DNA of 52,694 nucleotides, filler included, from Sphacelaria rigidula (taxonomy: Eukaryota): assembly GCA_964200075.2 (NCBI GenBank). It is 4 parts of 4 records of this genome, joined end to end, with 100 filler letters (N's around TTAATTAATTAA, not from the genome) between each part and the next. Parts side by side here need not be neighbours in the genome. Positions count along the whole stretch, not along the records: positions 39,601 to 52,694 come from CAXNAA020003155.1; 3 more parts are not named here. One strand, given 5' to 3'. Under the pieces are notes generated by a model, which saw nothing but the letters and a program-made list of their open reading frames with translations, made no database searches and was not told where the DNA came from. The stretch's first letter is position 1. Each line of letters begins with the position of its first letter. Shown piece after piece: positions 49,501 to 52,694 of the stretch. A program made the position numbers and the translations under genes.

Positions 49501-52422
49501 ACAATGTCGTTCTGTTCGACTTTTTCTGTTTCTTTTTTTTCTTCAGCAAGTGTTTCAGTTTCGTTTTTCTTCATTTTTTTTTCACGTCTCGGTCTACTAT
49601 GTCGTTCTGTCCGGCTTTTCCTGTTCCTCCTTTTTCTTGAGCGAGTGTTTCAGTTTTGTTTTTCTTAGGTACATCATGTCAACACGGCTGGATCCCTGGA
49701 GGTTCAGTTAACGTGCGACAATCAATCAAAATTAAACCCAATCTACCCCAAAATTGCGTATAGTATTTGAGGCCGTATCCAATCTACCCAAGCCTCGGGT
49801 AAAGTAAATACCCGAGTATTCAAGAGTACATATCTACCCGACCTGCCCTTGGAGGTTTCATCCCATTCGAAAAAAGCATGGCTTCAAACGAATTTCTCGT
49901 CATAGTTCCAGGTCTCAACTCCCATGAGAGTTCCACGGTCGGAGTCGGCTTTGAAGCATGATGCTGCGATGCCGATCTTCTGTTACGACGCGGTGAGTGC
50001 AGCGCTCTTACGTGTGTGCTCCCTTTGTGTTCGTTGTCATGTTGAATGGGTGCTGGTTTCGTGCGCCATGAACCCTTCCAGGCGTACTCTGTGGCGGATC
50101 CGCGGGTAAAGGAGCTGGCGTACGTGGTGAAACACTGGGCAAAGAGGCGATGGGTGAATAACGCCAGCGAGGGCACTTTATCTTCCTACGGCTATCTGCT
50201 CTGCCTCGTGCACTACTTGCAGACCAGGAGACCACCGGTCGTGCCCAACTTGCAGGTGGGCAACTGCGTGATTGATTGGTTCATTGATTGGTTGCGAAAC
50301 ATGAAATCATCCCCGAGGGATCCGTTCAACCCTAGTCATTATCCACAAGATGAGCGCACTTGAGGTGAACAAAACGAAACTGAAACGACAAAAGGGAGAA
50401 AACACAGGAAGTGAAAAAAATATGTAGCAGAGTTAAGCTGGGCAAAAACGGGAGATACATAAAACAGGAGGAAAAAATAAGAAGGGAAAAAGAAAGGAGA
50501 AGAGGGTACAAAAATACAAACGGTCGGTCCCGATGGAAATGTTTAAATCGCTTGTATCTCCATGACCGTTGCTGTTGGGGTTGTTGGTGGCACAAGTAAT
50601 GTGATTTGTCGCTTGTCTAGGCGGTTGTTTTCTACGCACATTATCTCACGACATTGCCTTACCGGGCAATCCGGGCAATCCGATGCTCTCAGGCACTGCC
50701 GCCAGACTGGGACGGGGGAGATACGCCTCCCGGATTCCACCCAAAGCTTCCCGTTGTCATGACCAAGCAGCCCACTGACGGCCTGGATTACAACACGTAC
50801 TTTTACGACCCTCTGGTGAGCATTATGATATATGCAGCGCGTTTGCCGTCATGCTCCGAAGGTAGTAGGATTTTACAACTTCCCGTTCGCTACGTGTGTC
50901 GCATAGACATGTACACCGAGGAGGGCGGGGCGCGGGAGGGGGCTTTCACGTACTTCAAGCTGTATACATTTTGTGTGCCAGCGCTTGGTTCGTTTCTGTG
51001 ACCGCATGCACCCATGAAGCGTAGAGGTGCAGCGGTGAAGCCATAGATTTCACGCGCAGTCGTTTCGGATACGGGCGGGGGATGGCGGTCGACGTCCGTG
51101 ATTGCTCACGCCCCGCAAACACGAAGCAAAGACGATACACACTTGTGTGCGTCCACTCAGCGCATTGAACCAGCTTGTCTGTACCGCCGGGGTAAGTCAA
51201 GGCGGTGTAAGTGTGTGTGGGTGTGTGGGTGTGGGTGTGCTATTTGACAGCGCAGCATCCTTGTTTTTTCTGGGTGACTCTTTTGGTTCGTCCACGTTCG
51301 GCCATGGAATAGGTACCCGGGAGAGAGGGCGAGCGAAGGAGAGAGACCCTGCGCATGTTCGGCTCGAGAAACGTCGCCTCTTCGGGGAAACTCCTGGCGG
51401 GTTTCTTCAGATACTTTGCCTCGGAGCTAGACAGTAGGTCGCATGTGGTGAGCAATATAGGGAGAGCGACGCGCGAGTCGCACTATGCAGCAGGTCAACG
51501 TTCGTGGGGGACAACTAGCGAAAGGGGGCTTGCGAGGTTCGCACGGGGACGAAGTCTCCAATATTTTTGCGTGCTTGTGTCGTTTTTGTCTTCGCTGTGG
51601 TCATGAAATCGTGTGATCTCCTTGCGTGCATTCGAAGTTCCGCATGTGGCCGAGGAGGATGGATATATTCTTGTTTTTACCGTATGTGTACTCCAATCCG
51701 TGATCTAGCCTCGAGTTGACGTTTTTAAGAATCGGCGTCGTGATGGACACATCAGGTGAGCATCCGACTTGGGGGGCTGGCGGATCGAGAGCGTAAGGCG
51801 GAGGCAAGCTGTTGGAACATGCACACTCGCCTCAGCTTAGAGGACCCCTTTGAGACATGGTGAGTTTTTTTTCGTGTGATGCAGAATGTTTCTATCAACA
51901 TCGCGTACTGATAATGATGGCAGCAGCACATATGACCTGTCATACATGTTTCGCCATTTTTTCCCGCGGCGGTTCGTCCCCTGACCTGCGGCGGATGTAC
52001 CGTGTTGAGGACAGGCTTCCAGCAAAACATGACAAATTTCTCGTGCGCATTCCGCTGTTGATGATTTCACCACATAGATTGAACGTTTTTTGTCTGGATA
52101 GCGCCACTACCCACTAGCAATATCTCACGATGTGCCGACCGCAAGTACAGCGCCCATCTTATGAACAGTGAGTGGCCTCATGACATCGCACGCCACATGT
52201 TTGTGCACCTGTTTCTGGAGCAGGTATGACGTCGCGCACGTGCTCAAATGGTCACGGTACAAGCACGTTCGCATGGAGTTCGCGCGGGCGTACGCTCTGA
52301 TCGCTGGTGCGAGCTCCTCGGGGCGGGGCAAGGGTGGCAATGGTGGTGCTGTATCCCTTCCTTCTCTACTGAACAAAATATGCGAGCAGGCAAGATTGCG
52401 TGTTGGCTATTCTCGATGTTGA
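43386..52422 (+). CDS. Cid1/URT1-like non-canonical poly(A)/poly(U) polymerase (terminal nucleotidyltransferase), 5'-partial. join(43386..43567,48141..48237,48494..48613,50082..50255,50693..50815,51313..51447,51756..51859,52224..52422)
   Basis: Eight phase-consistent exons (1134 nt). Pol-beta NTase motif FGSTANGFGMDNADLDM, ARIPIV, third Asp in DCDISV, NPLAVRNTHLL, VKHWAK, GTLSSYGY; PAP-associated LLAGFFRYFA, VSIR, LEDPFET. Confidence 0.92.
44514..45474. mobile_element. Non-autonomous TIR element (family A), TA target duplication, with a nested SINE
   Basis: TA|CGAGCTGGGACAGC...GCTGGCCCAGCTCG|TA. Other ends of this family start at 41495 and 52477. Confidence 0.75.
45043..45394 (+). mobile_element. 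tRNA-derived SINE (family 1), full length
   Basis: A-box TGGCTCAGTTGG, B-box GATTCGAATC, 3' end GATGGGATGACACCAC, flanked by direct repeat ACTCAAG (45036-45042 and 45395-45401). Confidence 0.8.
48141..48237 (+). CDS. Nucleotidyltransferase exon (CIEYVEG...LRSAGMVE)
   Basis: Acceptor gctttttag| completes DLDMC. Donor GAG|GTGCGT. Confidence 0.85.
48494..48613 (+). CDS. Nucleotidyltransferase exon (ARIPIV...DCDISVMNPLAVRNTHLLK)
   Basis: Contains the third catalytic Asp. Boundaries cgcag| and AAG|GTACCC. Confidence 0.92.
49027..49851. mobile_element. hAT-like non-autonomous element with internal tandem repeats and a nested insertion
   Basis: TIR CAAGGGCAGGTCGGGTAG / CTACCCGACCTGCCCTTG. 8-bp flanks GAGTTTTC and GAGGTTTC. 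Tandem unit of about 77 bp at 49090-49260. Related ends at about 2700-2733, 2990-3022, 7979-8020 and 9400-9445. Confidence 0.8.
50082..50255 (+). CDS. Nucleotidyltransferase exon (AYSVADPRVKELAYVVKHWAK...GTLSSYGY...PNLQ)
   Basis: Highly conserved Cid1-family segment. Boundaries ttccag| and CAG|GTGGGC. Confidence 0.93.
50693..50815 (+). CDS. Nucleotidyltransferase exon (ALPPDWDG...YNTYFYDPL)
   Basis: Boundaries ctctcag| and CTG|GTGAGC, 41 codons, phase 0/0. Confidence 0.85.
51313..51447 (+). CDS. Nucleotidyltransferase exon, start of the PAP-associated domain (SSGKLLAGFFRYFA)
   Basis: Boundaries aatag| and GTG|GTGAGC. Confidence 0.85.
51756..51859 (+). CDS. Nucleotidyltransferase exon (VSIRLGG...LSLEDPFET), absent from the ORF track
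   Basis: Boundaries catcag| and TG|GTGAGT. Carries the VSIR and EDPF motifs. Confidence 0.9.
52224..52422 (+). CDS. Last visible nucleotidyltransferase exon (YDVAHVLKWSRYKHVRMEFARAY...)
   Basis: Acceptor gagcag| completes ETWYDV. It ends at TGA 52420-52422, or earlier at a possible GC donor at 52390. Confidence 0.8.
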
Positions 52423-52694
52423 GCGCGGTGTTCCGAACGTGAATGTGTCTGGGGGGCGGCGGGTTCCCATGTAGTACGAGCTGGGCCAGCCTAGAGGCGG
52501 ATTTGAAGTGTGCAGGCCCATGCTCTTTTATACATTTAGAGTTGGGCCCTGAAATTTGGTATGGACAGTGCATAGGGCATAAGAAAGAAAATTACTGAAG
52601 TACCAAAATGCTTTTTTTTTTCATGAGTTAAGGGCATTTTGGTGATACCTGAAAACCGATTATTGCCCTTAACTCATGAAAGAAAAAAATCAGT

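Noticed and set aside
51448..51762. Intron start GTGAGCA is identical to the first 7 nt of the next exon
   Set aside because: GTGAG is the donor consensus and Val-Ser-Ile is a conserved motif, so coincidence is sufficient.
18721..52422. Kinase plus nucleotidyltransferase as a linked signalling or defence system
   Set aside because: They are on different concatenated contigs, so there is no evidence of linkage.
52612..52689. Hairpin TTTCATGAGTTAAGGGCA / TGCCCTTAACTCATGAAA resembling a terminator
   Set aside because: It follows a family A TIR at 52477 and is probably internal to that element. Bacterial-type terminators are not expected here.

Overview
Eukaryotic, intron-rich and repeat-rich DNA. 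It is probably a brown alga or related stramenopile; this is an inference from gene structure, repeat types and the genes present. The window is not one locus. Three 100-bp artificial linkers (44 N + TTAATTAATTAA + 44 N) join four pieces of 13103, 13102, 13095 and 13094 bp, which look like unplaced contigs concatenated in order of length. Contig 1 (1-13103) carries a spliced + strand gene for a long Gly/Ala/Pro/Ser low-complexity protein of unknown function. Contig 2 (13204-26305) carries LINE and Ty3/gypsy remnants and an apparently complete four-exon cytosolic hybrid histidine kinase (PAS/PAC-HisKA-HATPase-receiver, about 718 aa). Contig 3 (26406-39500) has no recognisable gene, only MITEs, a SINE, duplications and degenerate tandem repeats. 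Contig 4 (39601-52694) holds a long inverted repeat with arms of about 0.8 kb and eight exons of a Cid1/URT1-like terminal nucleotidyltransferase. Its nucleotide-recognition loop has Tyr where UTP-specific enzymes have His. I did not find a multi-gene novel system. The best leads are the atypical nucleotidyltransferase, the bacterial/virus-like intron-poor histidine kinase, the long inverted repeat, and a TIR element carrying a tRNA-like cassette.
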